Shown one piece after another: positions 20,927 to 31,257 of a DNA stretch of 64,000 nucleotides. A program made the position numbers and the translations under genes. The stretch spans positions 1,536,001-1,600,000 of the forward strand of contig OZ244651.1 of NCBI GenBank assembly GCA_965218695.1. The letters run 5' to 3'. Within the stretch, counting starts at the first letter, position 1, and every line of letters begins with the position of its first letter. The notes beneath the pieces were generated by a model. That model was not told the DNA's origin, ran no database searches, and worked only from the letters and a program-made list of their open reading frames with translations. Source of the DNA: Nitrosopumilus sp. (GTDB lineage: Archaea; Thermoproteota; Nitrososphaeria; Nitrososphaerales; Nitrosopumilaceae).

Positions 20927-20997
20927 GAATTTTTTTTAGCTGCCTGTTATTTAAGACTGGTAGAAAGATCTATGTAATAATACCAATTGGTTTATTT

Positions 20998-22143
20998 ATG
21001 AACAGGGCAAAACGCGCCAAAACGGCGGCAAGGCAGGGACAGGTGATCAGCAACGACCCAAAGCAGGTGAGGATGACAAGTCTCAGACGATGGAATGTGG
21101 CATCGCAGTCTATTCCAGGACTGTGGTATCTGGTGATTCTTGGCTCTGCCGGGTTTGTATGCGCGTGCCAGCATTACGTCAATTGTGACGGCCTGTGCAA
21201 GCACGTGCGGGCAGTGGACGTGTTGCTTGGCCGGATGTGGGACCGGTGCAGGAACCAAAATACAATTGTCATTAGCATGCCTCAGACTGCATGCCACCAT
21301 TGCAAGTCGACTGTGTTTGCACGCAACGGGCACCGACACAACGCGTACGGGCCGATCCGGCGGTACCGGTGTAAGCCGTGCGGCCGGACATTCTCCGGAC
21401 GGCCGGGCTTCAAGAAGCGCCATGCCGGCCCAGAGGCGATATCCCGGGCACTCAGGGAGGCAGCGTACGGGCTGTCCTGCGCTGCGGTGCAGGCAGTGAT
21501 GGCACAGGACGGAACAACCGTGCATTCAAGCACGATATACAGGTGGACTGCACATTATTCGACGCTGATGGATGAATATTCAAGGCGGCTGCAGCCGCGC
21601 ACGAGCTACAAGTGGCACTGCGACGAGATACATTTCAAGGTTCGCGCGCAGGCGCGGTGGCTTTTTGCCGTCATGGACGGCGCCAGCAGGTTCATACTGT
21701 CCCATGACGTGTCTGAGACAAAACTCAACTACAGACCCGCCCCCCTGTTTGCAGCCGCAAGGAATCTGGCCGGAACCACCCCGTGGGTGCTGGTAACAGA
21801 CGGCCTGCAGGCGTTTTGTCCTGCCGCCCGCAGGGCGTTTTGGAGACGCAACGGCTTCAGGCTGATCCACGTCCGGGAGATTCACCTGAAGAACCGCTTC
21901 AGTCATAACAACAAGCACGAGAGGCTTAACGGCGAATTCAAGGATCGCATCAAGACCGCCCGCGAGTTCGGGACAGAAAGTCCCGCGCTTGTGCGGCTGA
22001 TGATCGTCCACCACAACTTTTTCCGCCCCCATGGCGGCATTGGCAAAATTACACCCGCAGAGGCCGCAGGGATCGTCATATCTGGAACGGACAAGCAGAT
22101 CACCCTCATCAGTAATGCAGCAGCTGCTGCAGCAGCAGCGTAG
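20998..22143 (+). CDS. IS6-like DDE transposase with N-terminal SWIM and zinc-ribbon domains
   Basis: CxC..CKH SWIM, CHHC/CKPC, HTH, WHCDE, TDGL, NNKHERLN, TPAEAAG. Confidence 0.85.
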   Translation: MNRAKRAKTAARQGQVISNDPKQVRMTSLRRWNVASQSIPGLWYLVILGSAGFVCACQHYVNCDGLCKHVRAVDVLLGRMWDRCRNQNTIVISMPQTACHHCKSTVFARNGHRHNAYGPIRRYRCKPCGRTFSGRPGFKKRHAGPEAISRALREAAYGLSCAAVQAVMAQDGTTVHSSTIYRWTAHYSTLMDEYSRRLQPRTSYKWHCDEIHFKVRAQARWLFAVMDGASRFILSHDVSETKLNYRPAPLFAAARNLAGTTPWVLVTDGLQAFCPAARRAFWRRNGFRLIHVREIHLKNRFSHNNKHERLNGEFKDRIKTAREFGTESPALVRLMIVHHNFFRPHGGIGKITPAEAAGIVISGTDKQITLISNAAAAAAAA

Positions 22144-22401
22144 TCGCAGCAGCAGCAGTAGCAACGGCAGCTGTAGCAACGGCAGCGACACACGTAGCCC
22201 AGACTGGCCTTGGCGTGATGGATGTCCCATCAATGCATGTCATGGCAATGACTGGGATTATCCATCACAACTGGCAGATTCTCCCTAGAGGAATTATGAT
22301 TTAATGGGGAATGGCATAACGGTGCGTAAAACAGGCAAGTAAATCTGGAGAAGATCCTGAATTTGTGCCACCAACCGATGATGCAGGAGAACCCGGATTA
22401 T

Positions 22402-22802
22402 GGTTCTGCTAAGTTATCGTCGCCTGAACATTCTTGTTAACTCCCGTCGCCTGAAAGCATCAAAATGCCTGCGATTCGTATTCAGCACTTCCAAGAGACG
22501 GGAGTTGCCACGTATGCGCCATACAAATAACTTGACAACACTCAACGGCGCAAACCTTCTTTCCGTCAACGATCCTCGGTGCTTATGCCATTTCTGCCCC
22601 GCAAAAATGATGGAAGAACGCCCCATCCCCCTGAAATGCCTGAACGACGCGGCCTCCGGCAAAGGGTATGTGCCGACGGCGCGTAACGCCTCCATGCAGG
22701 TCTGGTTGCGTCAGGCACGGACAGGTGACGGCGCGTAACGCCTCGCCAAGCAGGTGACGGCGCGTAACAGTCCGGAGAAGGTGACGATAACGTAACAGAA
22801 CC
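22402..22802. mobile_element. ~400-bp MITE with IS6-like GGTTCTG ends and subterminal repeats
   Basis: 24-bp imperfect TIR GGTTCTG(C/T)TA(A/C)GTTATCGTC(G/A)CCT; GACGGCGCGTAAC at 22675, 22727, 22756. Confidence 0.7.
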
Positions 22803-22926
22803 CACCGGCCCCATGCTTATAAGTATCAGAGCAGTACATGTATAATGCAATGTTTTCACAAGGGAATGTTTGGCGGATGCCGTGAAGAATCTGTTGTAGG
22901 AAGATGTAATTACAGGTAAAATTACA

Positions 22927-23181
22927 ATGGATCCTCCAATAACTTATCATTATTTTGAAGTAGGGCTTCATGATTCAACTTCTGACCGGGATAGCCGTTT
23001 TTCTCATGGTATCCGTTTTGTTAGTGTAGACATCATTGAAGGAGAGGGTGTGTCTGAACTCAAGGCAGCCTCATGTGAGCATGAGCTTAATGGGAGCACC
23101 ACATACAAACGATTGGCAGCTTATCCATATGACTCATTTGAACTGGAACCGATACCCGTTACCTTTCTGGGCCGAGAGTGA
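22927..23181 (+). CDS. Hypothetical protein
   Basis: 84-aa ORF whose stop overlaps the GTG start of the next gene; no recognisable motif. Confidence 0.3.
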   Translation: MDPPITYHYFEVGLHDSTSDRDSRFSHGIRFVSVDIIEGEGVSELKAASCEHELNGSTTYKRLAAYPYDSFELEPIPVTFLGRE

Positions 23182-23836
23182 TAACGCTGGCCAATCTCCT
23201 CCCCTCCCTCATGTTTTCTGCCCTTGTGATCGGGATGGTTGCGATGCCATCGGCTGCTTTTGCAGACCATGTAGAAATCACAGTCACACACGTAGCAGGT
23301 TCTGACGTTCCAGGATGTTACGATCTCGATGGAGGATGCCACACTCCGCTGGTTGCAACAGTTGATGTAGGCGGCAAGGTAATATTCTCAAACACGGACA
23401 GTGTGGCACATGCATTCGCATCTGGAACCCCAAGATCTGGTGGCCCAAGCGGTCTGTTTGACAGTGGGTTACTACTTCCAGGACAAGCATTTGAGTGGAC
23501 ACCGACGGAAGTAGGTGAGGTTTCTTACTTTTGTATTATACACCCATGGGCTATAGACACAATCATTGTACTGGAAGCGGGTGCCACGATAGACGACGAA
23601 GATGACGACGCGATGGAAGAGATGGTGGATGACACCCCGGCGACTTCCGGTTGCTTGATCGCCACTGCCGCGTACGGCAGCGAGCTTGCCCCGCAGGTGC
23701 AGTTCCTACGTGAAATTAGGGACAACACGTTGCTGTCCACCGCATCCGGGACTTCCGTATGAATTCACCTGTCCTTCCTGTCACAAAAAAATGATCATAC
23801 TGATCCATATGCTGGCAATACACATCACTTTACATG

Positions 23837-25008
23837 AGACATCATCCGTAATTGGGCATAATCACGAGATTGGACGCATTGCAGGACAAATCTGGCTGAC
23901 TGCATGGAATTGCATGTCAATTCGAACTTGCCCGATGATCAAAACTATACGTCAGCCGTGTTTTATTCTGATTGCCAATGTCAAAGCATGTCATTATACG
24001 ACAAATTAGCAAAAAAGCCCAAACTGTTCATCCGGTGCACTGGACTGACAGTCTCCGAATTTAATTTGGTGGCAGGGCGGCTGGCAAAAAAATACCCCAA
24101 GGCAGAGCAAAAGCGACTCGCCAAAAGAAGCAGGGTGCGCGGCATTGGTGCCGGACGCAGGTGGAAACTGGATCTGAAAAACAGGTTTCTTCTGGTCCTG
24201 TTTTATTACAGGACATACGCTACGCAGGATCTTCTTGCCCTGACGTTCCATGTGGGTCAGGCCAGTGTGTCCCGCAGCATGGGGGCACTGGAGCCGTCGA
24301 TCCGGCAGTGCGTTCCGCTTCCGTCAAAGATCTACGCCAACATCAAGGCCACCAAGACGCTTGACGATCTTGAGGAGATCATTCCTGGCCTGACTGCCCT
24401 GATTGATGCCTCCGAGCAGCAGATACAGCGTCCCGGACGCAAGGACATGGAACGGTCCCACTACTCGGGCAAGGCACACAGGCACACGTCCAAGGTCCAG
24501 TACACGTCGGCCACGGACGGCCTCATCCTTCACAAGACCCGGCATTCCCCGGGCAGGATCCACGACTTTGCAGTATTCAAGAAGAAACACCCGACATTCC
24601 CTGACAACCTTCCACGCAAGGACGGGAGCAAGGACAAGGAAAGGATCAAAGTCAGAGAGATCCTGGACAACGGATACCAGGGGATCAACAAAGAATTTCC
24701 TGACCGGGATGCAGTAGTGCCGTACAAGAAGCAAAAAGGCGCAGAATTGTCCCCCGAGCAGAAGGAATTCAACAAAAAGCACTCAAAGGCACGGGTGTAT
24801 GTGGAGCACGCCATCCGCAGGGTCAAACGGTTTCGCATAATGAGCGGTGTCTACCGAAACCGCCTGAAAAAATACGACACCGTCAATGACATCGTCTGCG
24901 GATTTGCCAACCTCAGGGTTCTCCTAGTCCGGGAAGCAACCTGATAGGAGTCAAAAAACCTACACAGTATAGGAAAATATGTACAATTTCTAATTACGGA
25001 TTATGTCT
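23837..25008 (+). mobile_element. IS5-family (ISL2-like) element nested in IS66
   Basis: TIR AGACAT(C/A)ATCCGTAATT; 3-bp TSD ATG; empty site visible in the copy at 50150. Confidence 0.92.
23988..24944 (+). CDS. ISL2-like transposase (HTH + DDE_Tnp_4 type)
   Basis: TGLT..EF, IDASEQ, YSGK, HD, LDNGYQG, RVYVEHAIRRVK. Confidence 0.9.
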   Translation: MSLYDKLAKKPKLFIRCTGLTVSEFNLVAGRLAKKYPKAEQKRLAKRSRVRGIGAGRRWKLDLKNRFLLVLFYYRTYATQDLLALTFHVGQASVSRSMGALEPSIRQCVPLPSKIYANIKATKTLDDLEEIIPGLTALIDASEQQIQRPGRKDMERSHYSGKAHRHTSKVQYTSATDGLILHKTRHSPGRIHDFAVFKKKHPTFPDNLPRKDGSKDKERIKVREILDNGYQGINKEFPDRDAVVPYKKQKGAELSPEQKEFNKKHSKARVYVEHAIRRVKRFRIMSGVYRNRLKKYDTVNDIVCGFANLRVLLVREAT

Positions 25009-26457
25009 ATGGTAAATTCACGGCACATGAGCAGGGACCAGCTAAAAGAGGAACTCCTAGCACGGAACCGGGAGATTGCCACCCTCAAATCCGATCTTGA
25101 GAAGGCACTTGGCAGGATAGAACGTCTTGAAAGGGCCTTGGGGTACAGCGAACGCCTCATGACATACTATACAAACCCCAACACGCCGCCCTCATCTGAA
25201 TCCCTGGAATGGAAGGCCCAGAAGAGGGAGCGGGCAAAAAAACAGGAAAAGGAGGGCAAATCCAAGCGCGGGGGAAGAAAGGGACACGCGGGGGCGTCGC
25301 GCCCCCACGACCCGGAAAGGACCGTATCCCACAGGTTCGGGCGCAGGAAGTCGGGCAGGAGGCGGGTGCCGGTGCTCCCGGAATGCGGGTGCGGCGGCGG
25401 CGGCGGCCGGATGGCGATTGGCAGTCCGCGCGTGCGGGACATCACGGACATCAGGGTGACTGCGTGCGAGACGCGGCACCGCGTGGAGACTGCAGTATGC
25501 GGCTCATGCGGCCGCAGGGAAGATGCTCCAAACGACCTGCCGCGGCGGGGCAACTTCGGCAAGGGCATGGTCGGACTCGTCTCAGAACTGCGCGCGGCAC
25601 GGGTGCCGCTCAAGGGAATCTCGGTCGCGGTGCGCTCCATAACGGGCATTATGCTTGCAGGATCCACCGTCAACAACATCATGGCACGCGTCGGGGACGC
25701 CTCGGGCCACGAGGCAGGCAGGATCCTCGGGGAAGTGGAGGCTTCTGACTGTGCCGGGTTTGACGAAACCAGCTGGCGAAACGACGGCCAGAAGGTACAC
25801 GCAAACGTGGCACAGTCGGGCAAAAACATCGCAATAAACATCAGCCAGAGCAGGGCCACGCTCATGCTCGATGCCATGGACAAATTTGACGGGGTGGCGA
25901 TAACTGACGGGTACACCGGATATGACAGGTTTGACAAGGACGGCATGCACCAGTCGTGCTGGGCGCACGACCTCCGGCAGACAAGGCACCTGGCAGAAAA
26001 ATACTGCGCCGTGCCTCCCGAGACCAAACGTGTCCGGCGGCGGCAGCAGCAGCTCCACGAGGACCACAAGTGGGTGTTTGAGAGGGCAAAACTGCTGGCC
26101 GCGCAGGAGGCGCGCTCGCCACAGCTGCGGCATACGATGAACCGCACCATGCAGGACGTGCTTGACCGGTACCGCGATGCCGGTGGTGGTGGTGACGATG
26201 ACGACATGCAAAAGGTGCTGGACAAGCTCGAGAGGCACCTGCACCGCATGTTTGCGTTCCTGGAGCATCCCGGCGTCGAGCCTACAAACAACGCCAGCGA
26301 GAGGGCGCTGCGCTACCTGGTGGTGTTCCGCAAGATAAGCGGGCAGACCAAGGGCGGCTCCAAGGCCATGAAGCGCCTTGCAGATTTTGTCACGTGCGTC
26401 CTCACGTGGAGGGCACATGGCAAGAGCGTGGCCGAAGAAGTTGGTCGACTGATATAA
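25009..26457 (+). CDS. IS66-family transposase (ORF intact, separated from its leader)
   Basis: Near-identical to 50227-51675. Confidence 0.9.
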   Translation: MVNSRHMSRDQLKEELLARNREIATLKSDLEKALGRIERLERALGYSERLMTYYTNPNTPPSSESLEWKAQKRERAKKQEKEGKSKRGGRKGHAGASRPHDPERTVSHRFGRRKSGRRRVPVLPECGCGGGGGRMAIGSPRVRDITDIRVTACETRHRVETAVCGSCGRREDAPNDLPRRGNFGKGMVGLVSELRAARVPLKGISVAVRSITGIMLAGSTVNNIMARVGDASGHEAGRILGEVEASDCAGFDETSWRNDGQKVHANVAQSGKNIAINISQSRATLMLDAMDKFDGVAITDGYTGYDRFDKDGMHQSCWAHDLRQTRHLAEKYCAVPPETKRVRRRQQQLHEDHKWVFERAKLLAAQEARSPQLRHTMNRTMQDVLDRYRDAGGGGDDDDMQKVLDKLERHLHRMFAFLEHPGVEPTNNASERALRYLVVFRKISGQTKGGSKAMKRLADFVTCVLTWRAHGKSVAEEVGRLI

Positions 26458-26824
26458 GGGGCAGGTGAATTCATACGGACTTCCTTCATGAATGGTTTTA
26501 ACCAAGTGTACTATTCCTTCTCGCCTGCAATTGCAGACCTTGAAAGGGAGAATCCGGTATTCAGAGATCTGCTAAGGGTGGCAATCACACCTGCAATGTA
26601 CACACTGAACATCATGACGCTTGCGGATCCTGGATCCGAAGCATCTGTGTTGGCATTTGGCATCCTCTCGATTGGTGCCATCGCGGGCATGTACATGGTA
26701 GGACCAGTCTTGACAGTCCACGTAATCCGCAAGGGAACGGGCCGCCGCAACTATACTAACGCGCCAAAATTTGTGTGCGAATAATCGAAAAGTTTGTAGA
26801 TCAGAACTCATTCCAGTGATGTGT

Positions 26825-27028
26825 GGACTCTGATAAATTTTTGTGATCTGATCACCAAAATTTACCACCAAGGTGTAAGTATGATTCAGCTCACTTTTGA
26901 ACAGCCCCGTAGAAGGCACCACACTTTTGAACACCGTGATGAAATGCGGCGGGCTTGAATCTGGAGAAGATCCGAAAACACACTTTTGAACAACAACCAT
27001 CAGAGATCGCCAAAATTTACCAGAGCCC
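26825..27028. mobile_element. Degenerate MITE remnant
   Basis: Imperfect inverted pair 26825-26848 / 27005-27028 (GATC.C.AAAATTTA.CAGAG); further copies at 26850 and 29101. Confidence 0.45.
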
Positions 27029-27163
27029 AAATTGGAATGGCTGTTAACTTGGCGTGATCTTTCTGGACCAAATGCGCTGGTAACTATTTATGAAAAAAAC
27101 GCGCGCGAAGTGCTTGGTGTATAGTGGATTAGGCAGGTTATAAAACGCAAACACTATGTCCTG

Positions 27164-27364
27164 TTGATGACAAGCGAATATGAGGAACTGGTGGCAGAAA
27201 AAGAACAAATTGAAGCAGAATTTGGACAAATCGTTGAAGGCCAAGCACAAGCCATACATGACATGCAAGAACGGGCATTAGATGATGGTGAGAGAAGGAA
27301 AGACGAAATACGGGCTAGGTTGGGGGAGATCAACCAGCGGTTAAACGAGATACGCGGTTCTTAA
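27164..27364 (+). CDS. Small coiled-coil hypothetical protein
   Basis: 66 aa, E/R-rich heptads; TTATAAA ~25 nt upstream. Confidence 0.6.
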   Translation: MMTSEYEELVAEKEQIEAEFGQIVEGQAQAIHDMQERALDDGERRKDEIRARLGEINQRLNEIRGS

Positions 27365-27737
27365 ATTGCCTCTGCATGTATTCTACGCGTCGGCGCGAGG
27401 AATACGCCGTGTTGTCCGGCCCTTTCTGATCACAACACGGGGGTCATATAAGATGGCATGAAGTCTCTTTCGGCAGTTGGTAGTAGAATAGTTTGGCATA
27501 ACGGGTTGGTTTTAGCGGGCAGGTTTGGCGCGAACTTGGTCGTTGCAAGAGGTTTTATTAAAAACTAAAAACCTTACAAGAACATGATCCAACACCAAAC
27601 CCAAGTCTGCACAGAATGCGACCGTTTTGAAAAGAAAACACACAGGCAATTAGTTTTACACACGTCCCAGGTCATGCAGACGTTACGGTTTTGCCGTCGT
27701 AACATTGATAAAATATGAAATATGTGGAGTGTATGCA

Positions 27738-28832
27738 ATGATATCAAAGACACCAAACCCGAGAAAACGAGTAGCCATTATCGGCGCTACCGGCTCAGTT
27801 GGACAGGAGTTTGTCCAGTCTCTTGACGGGCATGATTGGTTCGAGGTAACGCAGATAGCCGCCTCTGAACGCTCCGCTGGCAAGAACTATCTTGATGCCA
27901 TAAGGGATTCAAGCGGAATCATAGCATGGGACGTTGTAGGGGAGATACCGGAGTACATAAAATCGATGACCGTGCGCCGGATAGACGAGCTTGACACTTC
28001 AAGCCTTGATCTGGTATTTTCCGCAGTAGAGTCAAAGGCAGCCCGCGACATTGAGACCCGGATGGCGGCCATGCTGCCGGTGATATCCACGTCGTCCGCG
28101 TACCGGTACGAGAAGGACGTCCCCATACTCATACCTGGTATCAACGACGCGCAATCGGACCTGCTGGACGTCCAGAGCAGGAACCGCAACTGGAAGGGCT
28201 GGGTGGCACCGCTGCCAAACTGCACCACGACGGGTCTTGCCATCACGCTAAAACCCCTCCTTGACAAGTACGGCGTTAAGCGCGTCTTGATGACGTCGAT
28301 GCAGGCGATATCCGGTGGAGGCAAGACAGGGGTGTCTGCAATGGGCATCACAGACAACATACTTCCTTACATACCAAAGGAGGAAGACAAGGTCAAAAAG
28401 GAGACTAGAAAGATACTTGGAACGCTCAACGGCGAGAGGATCGAGGACGCTGACATCGGGATCAGTTGTACCTGCACCCGGGTACCCGTAATCGACGGGC
28501 ATACCGAGTCGGTGTTCGTCGAGACCAGGGGCGAGATTGACCCGCAAAAGGCAAAGGAGGCGTATCACGACTACAACCATACAGTGTCGGTGGCCGGGTT
28601 GCCGTCGGCGCCAAGAGACTATTACGCGTTTCACGAGGATCCTACCAGGCCGCAGCCGCGCATGGAGCGGACTGTGGGTGACGGCATGACTACCACGGTC
28701 GGCAGGGTGGAGAAGGAGGACTTGTTTGAGAACGGGCTCAAATATGTGCTGTTCTCGCACAACAAGAAGATGGGTTCTGCAAAGGGTGCTGTTCTGCTTG
28801 CAGAGATGCTGTACACAAAAGGCAAGATTTGA
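27738..28832 (+). CDS. asd: Aspartate-semialdehyde dehydrogenase
   Basis: GATGSVGQ, ASERSAGK, PNCTT, QAISGGG, CTRVPVIDGH. Confidence 0.95.
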   Translation: MISKTPNPRKRVAIIGATGSVGQEFVQSLDGHDWFEVTQIAASERSAGKNYLDAIRDSSGIIAWDVVGEIPEYIKSMTVRRIDELDTSSLDLVFSAVESKAARDIETRMAAMLPVISTSSAYRYEKDVPILIPGINDAQSDLLDVQSRNRNWKGWVAPLPNCTTTGLAITLKPLLDKYGVKRVLMTSMQAISGGGKTGVSAMGITDNILPYIPKEEDKVKKETRKILGTLNGERIEDADIGISCTCTRVPVIDGHTESVFVETRGEIDPQKAKEAYHDYNHTVSVAGLPSAPRDYYAFHEDPTRPQPRMERTVGDGMTTTVGRVEKEDLFENGLKYVLFSHNKKMGSAKGAVLLAEMLYTKGKI

Positions 28833-29371
28833 GTTTCGTGTAAGACGTAACCATGATTCAGGTTTAATGGTGTGTAACCGTTGATTTGGATTTCCTAAAT
28901 CTTGAGCGTGTTGCTGCATTTCGGACAAGGCCTGCCAGTCATCAGCAGTCAAGTTCTTCCGGTTCTGGCACGTCGTGTTCAGGGCATATTTCATTCACTG
29001 GTACCAGTGCTATAGTACGTGACAAAGATGGCTACCAGCAACTCATGACAGAATCGGATTTTGGGTTCTGTGATGCGGCTCTGTTAAATTCTAGTGATCG
29101 GATCACTAAAATCTACCAGAGCCACGGTAATTGGTAATAAGGACATGATCCAGTTTGCAGTAGATTCCACAAGCCTCAAGTAGCACAACAGGGGGAGTGG
29201 CTGAGGCAAAAATAGAAGATACGACACGGATTCGTAAGGATGCACGTCTTAGTGGATGTTGACACGAGAAAGATGCTAGCCGTCTGGGTAACTAACAACC
29301 GGACGGAAGATTCAACCATGCTCATTCTGTTGCTTGATGATGCTCTAGATAATTACGTGTGCTAGTACACT

Positions 29372-30845
29372 AGAAAATATGCGTAATCCAGATTTTTTTC
29401 AAACTCCGCGTTGACATGTTAGCCCTGCTGTCAAAAATTTATGATCCATCCAATTAAAACCAAAATATGCCGGTTCATACTGTTGTCGAATCAGAAAACA
29501 AGCGACCTGCAAAAAGAGAATAAGGCTCTCAGAGACATAATCAAGCGCCAGGACGCAGCTGCCAGGCACGAGCAAAGCCTGTGGCGCACACGGGACGGTT
29601 CCGAATCCGGAGCCGCAGGAGAGCCCGCCCTGTTGCACCGCGTGGAGGTGCTTGACGACATCATCAGAGTCGAGAAAAATCTTCATGACGCGACGCTGAA
29701 GTGCAGGGAACAGTTCCAATACATACTTGACAGGGCCGAGGCGTGGATAAGGCAAAGCGGCAAATCCCCACTCTTCAGGAATGACGAGACGAGGGCATCG
29801 GATCCCGGGAACCGCTGCAAGCTGTACCCAAGGCACGCGCTGCTCATGTCACTGATGTACAAAAAGGGCAACCCCACGCAGGGCGTGCTTGCGGCATTCT
29901 TTGGAATAGACCAGGCAACCGTGTCCCGGTATATCGATGTACTAGACGAGGTGCTTGACGTGGCGCTGCCCACTGCTGCCAACATCTCAAAGGAGATGGC
30001 AGACACGGAGACAAAAGAGGATCTCAAAAAAATAATTTCCGGACCTGACGGGGGCATCATGATGATCGACGGCACGCACTGCCCCATACAGAGGCCGGAC
30101 GAAAAACAGATGAGAAGCATGATGTATTCTGGCAAGAAGAAAAAGTTCACCCTCAATACCACCGTGTGCATAAACGAAAACGGGGTGATAGTCGCCATAT
30201 CCGACAGCACCGTGGGATCCGTCCACGACATCACGCTTCTCAGGGAGAGCCCGCTGCCATTTGGAAAGTGGTGGGACCGCATGTGCGACGAGAACACCCC
30301 CGAAGAGGACAGGGTCCACACCCTTACTGACCGCGGTTACAAGGGAATCGCAAAGGATATGCCCGGTACAAACACCCTGCAGCCGCACAAGAAGACCAAG
30401 AACCACAAGCGCTTTACAAAGGAGGAAAAAGAACACAACCACAAAATCAATTCCGCCCGGGTAAAGGTAGAGCACTCCATTGGCAGGCTGAAGCGGTACG
30501 GCCGGCTTACCGCGCCATACAAGGGAAAGATTGGCGACTTTAACAGGGAATTTAACATAATAACCGGGCTTGTAAACCTGGACCTCGTGTGGAACTACCT
30601 GGAGAAGGGACCCCCTTCAGGCGGCAATCTGGGGCCGGTAATAAACTGGGAACAGGCAAACGTCCCCGGCAGCGCCGTTTCAAACAATTAATTCCGTGCA
30701 CATCGCGGTGCTGCAAGGCTGCGCACGTTATTTCGCATTTCGGGCAGGACGGGTTCGCACACGCTTGACATGACGGGAATTAAATCAGAATTTTTAACAT
30801 TTTCCGGTTTAATTCAGCGAAATGGAGGGATTACGCATAGTTTCT
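29372..30845 (+). mobile_element. IS5-family (ISL2-like) element
   Basis: TIR AGAAA(A/C)TATGCGTAATCC; 3-bp TSD ACT; second copy at window start. Confidence 0.9.
29441..30691 (+). CDS. ISL2-like transposase
   Basis: IDGTHCPIQRP, YSGKKK, HD, TDRGY, RVKVEHSIGRLK. Confidence 0.9.
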   Translation: MIHPIKTKICRFILLSNQKTSDLQKENKALRDIIKRQDAAARHEQSLWRTRDGSESGAAGEPALLHRVEVLDDIIRVEKNLHDATLKCREQFQYILDRAEAWIRQSGKSPLFRNDETRASDPGNRCKLYPRHALLMSLMYKKGNPTQGVLAAFFGIDQATVSRYIDVLDEVLDVALPTAANISKEMADTETKEDLKKIISGPDGGIMMIDGTHCPIQRPDEKQMRSMMYSGKKKKFTLNTTVCINENGVIVAISDSTVGSVHDITLLRESPLPFGKWWDRMCDENTPEEDRVHTLTDRGYKGIAKDMPGTNTLQPHKKTKNHKRFTKEEKEHNHKINSARVKVEHSIGRLKRYGRLTAPYKGKIGDFNREFNIITGLVNLDLVWNYLEKGPPSGGNLGPVINWEQANVPGSAVSNN

Positions 30846-30954
30846 ACTATATCAGAATCCAGTCATGTTGACAATTCCGCAAAATGTTCTACGTTTGGCG
30901 ATGTCGCCTATGTCTCTCGAAACAACATAAAAGCATGCAGGGAATCCCAGTACG

Positions 30955-30986
30955 CCACCCATCTAACTTAACACCACCCATCTAAC
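30955..30986. repeat. 19-bp tandem repeat CCACCCATCTAACTTAACA (left part; continues at 50096-50128)
   Basis: Array split by the 19-kb element with duplication of CATCTAAC. Confidence 0.8.
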
Positions 30987-31257
30987 CACTCTGTTAATTC
31001 TTCGGGTGTTTTCCCCAGACCGGATCGGTTGTTAACTTAGGGCGGTACGTCTCACAATTTTAGGGTGACATTACCAGATTGAGCCGAGTGTTAACTTAGG
31101 GTGGTGGAATGTTAACTTAGGGTGGCAACGTACTGGGAAGGCACATGGTGTCTTCCCAACACCTAATGGCAAACTGATGCATGTCCTCATGTCCCAGTAT
31201 GTCCACGACCTCAAACGCCGCTTTGATGCACTGAGACGTGCCCAACAGGGTACGCGT

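Larger units (their letters stand above)
20699..22393 (+). mobile_element. IS6-like element with long (~55+ bp) imperfect TIRs and a divergent small passenger gene
   Basis: GGTTCTCCTGCATCATCGGTTGGTG... at both ends; flanked by CGGATTAT(G) at 20690 and 22394. Confidence 0.85.
23757..26476 (+). mobile_element. IS66-family element, variant B, containing a nested IS5/ISL2-like element
   Basis: TIR GTATGAATTCACCTG; 8-bp TSD GGACTTCC (23749-23756, 26477-26484). Confidence 0.93.
23178..26784 (+). pseudogene. Secreted cupredoxin (plastocyanin-like) with CFI-box-CTERM domain, interrupted by IS66
   Basis: Signal peptide, H...FDSG...YFCIIHPW, GCLIATAAYGSELAPQVQFLREIRD; TASGTS rejoins FMNGFNQVYYSFSP in frame. 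Confidence 0.9.
29157..30945 (+). pseudogene. Degraded IS5 (IS903-like) transposase remnant interrupted by the ISL2-like element
   Basis: AVDSTSLK*..GEWLRQK*..GFVRMHVLVDVDTRKMLAVWVT before and GDVAYVSR after the insertion; in-frame stops. Confidence 0.65.

Noticed and set aside
30946-31137. Stand-alone MITE bounded by CCCAGTACG inverted repeats
   Set aside because: Better explained as two homologous transposon ends back to back, given the 33-bp TIR partner and the TSD at 50096
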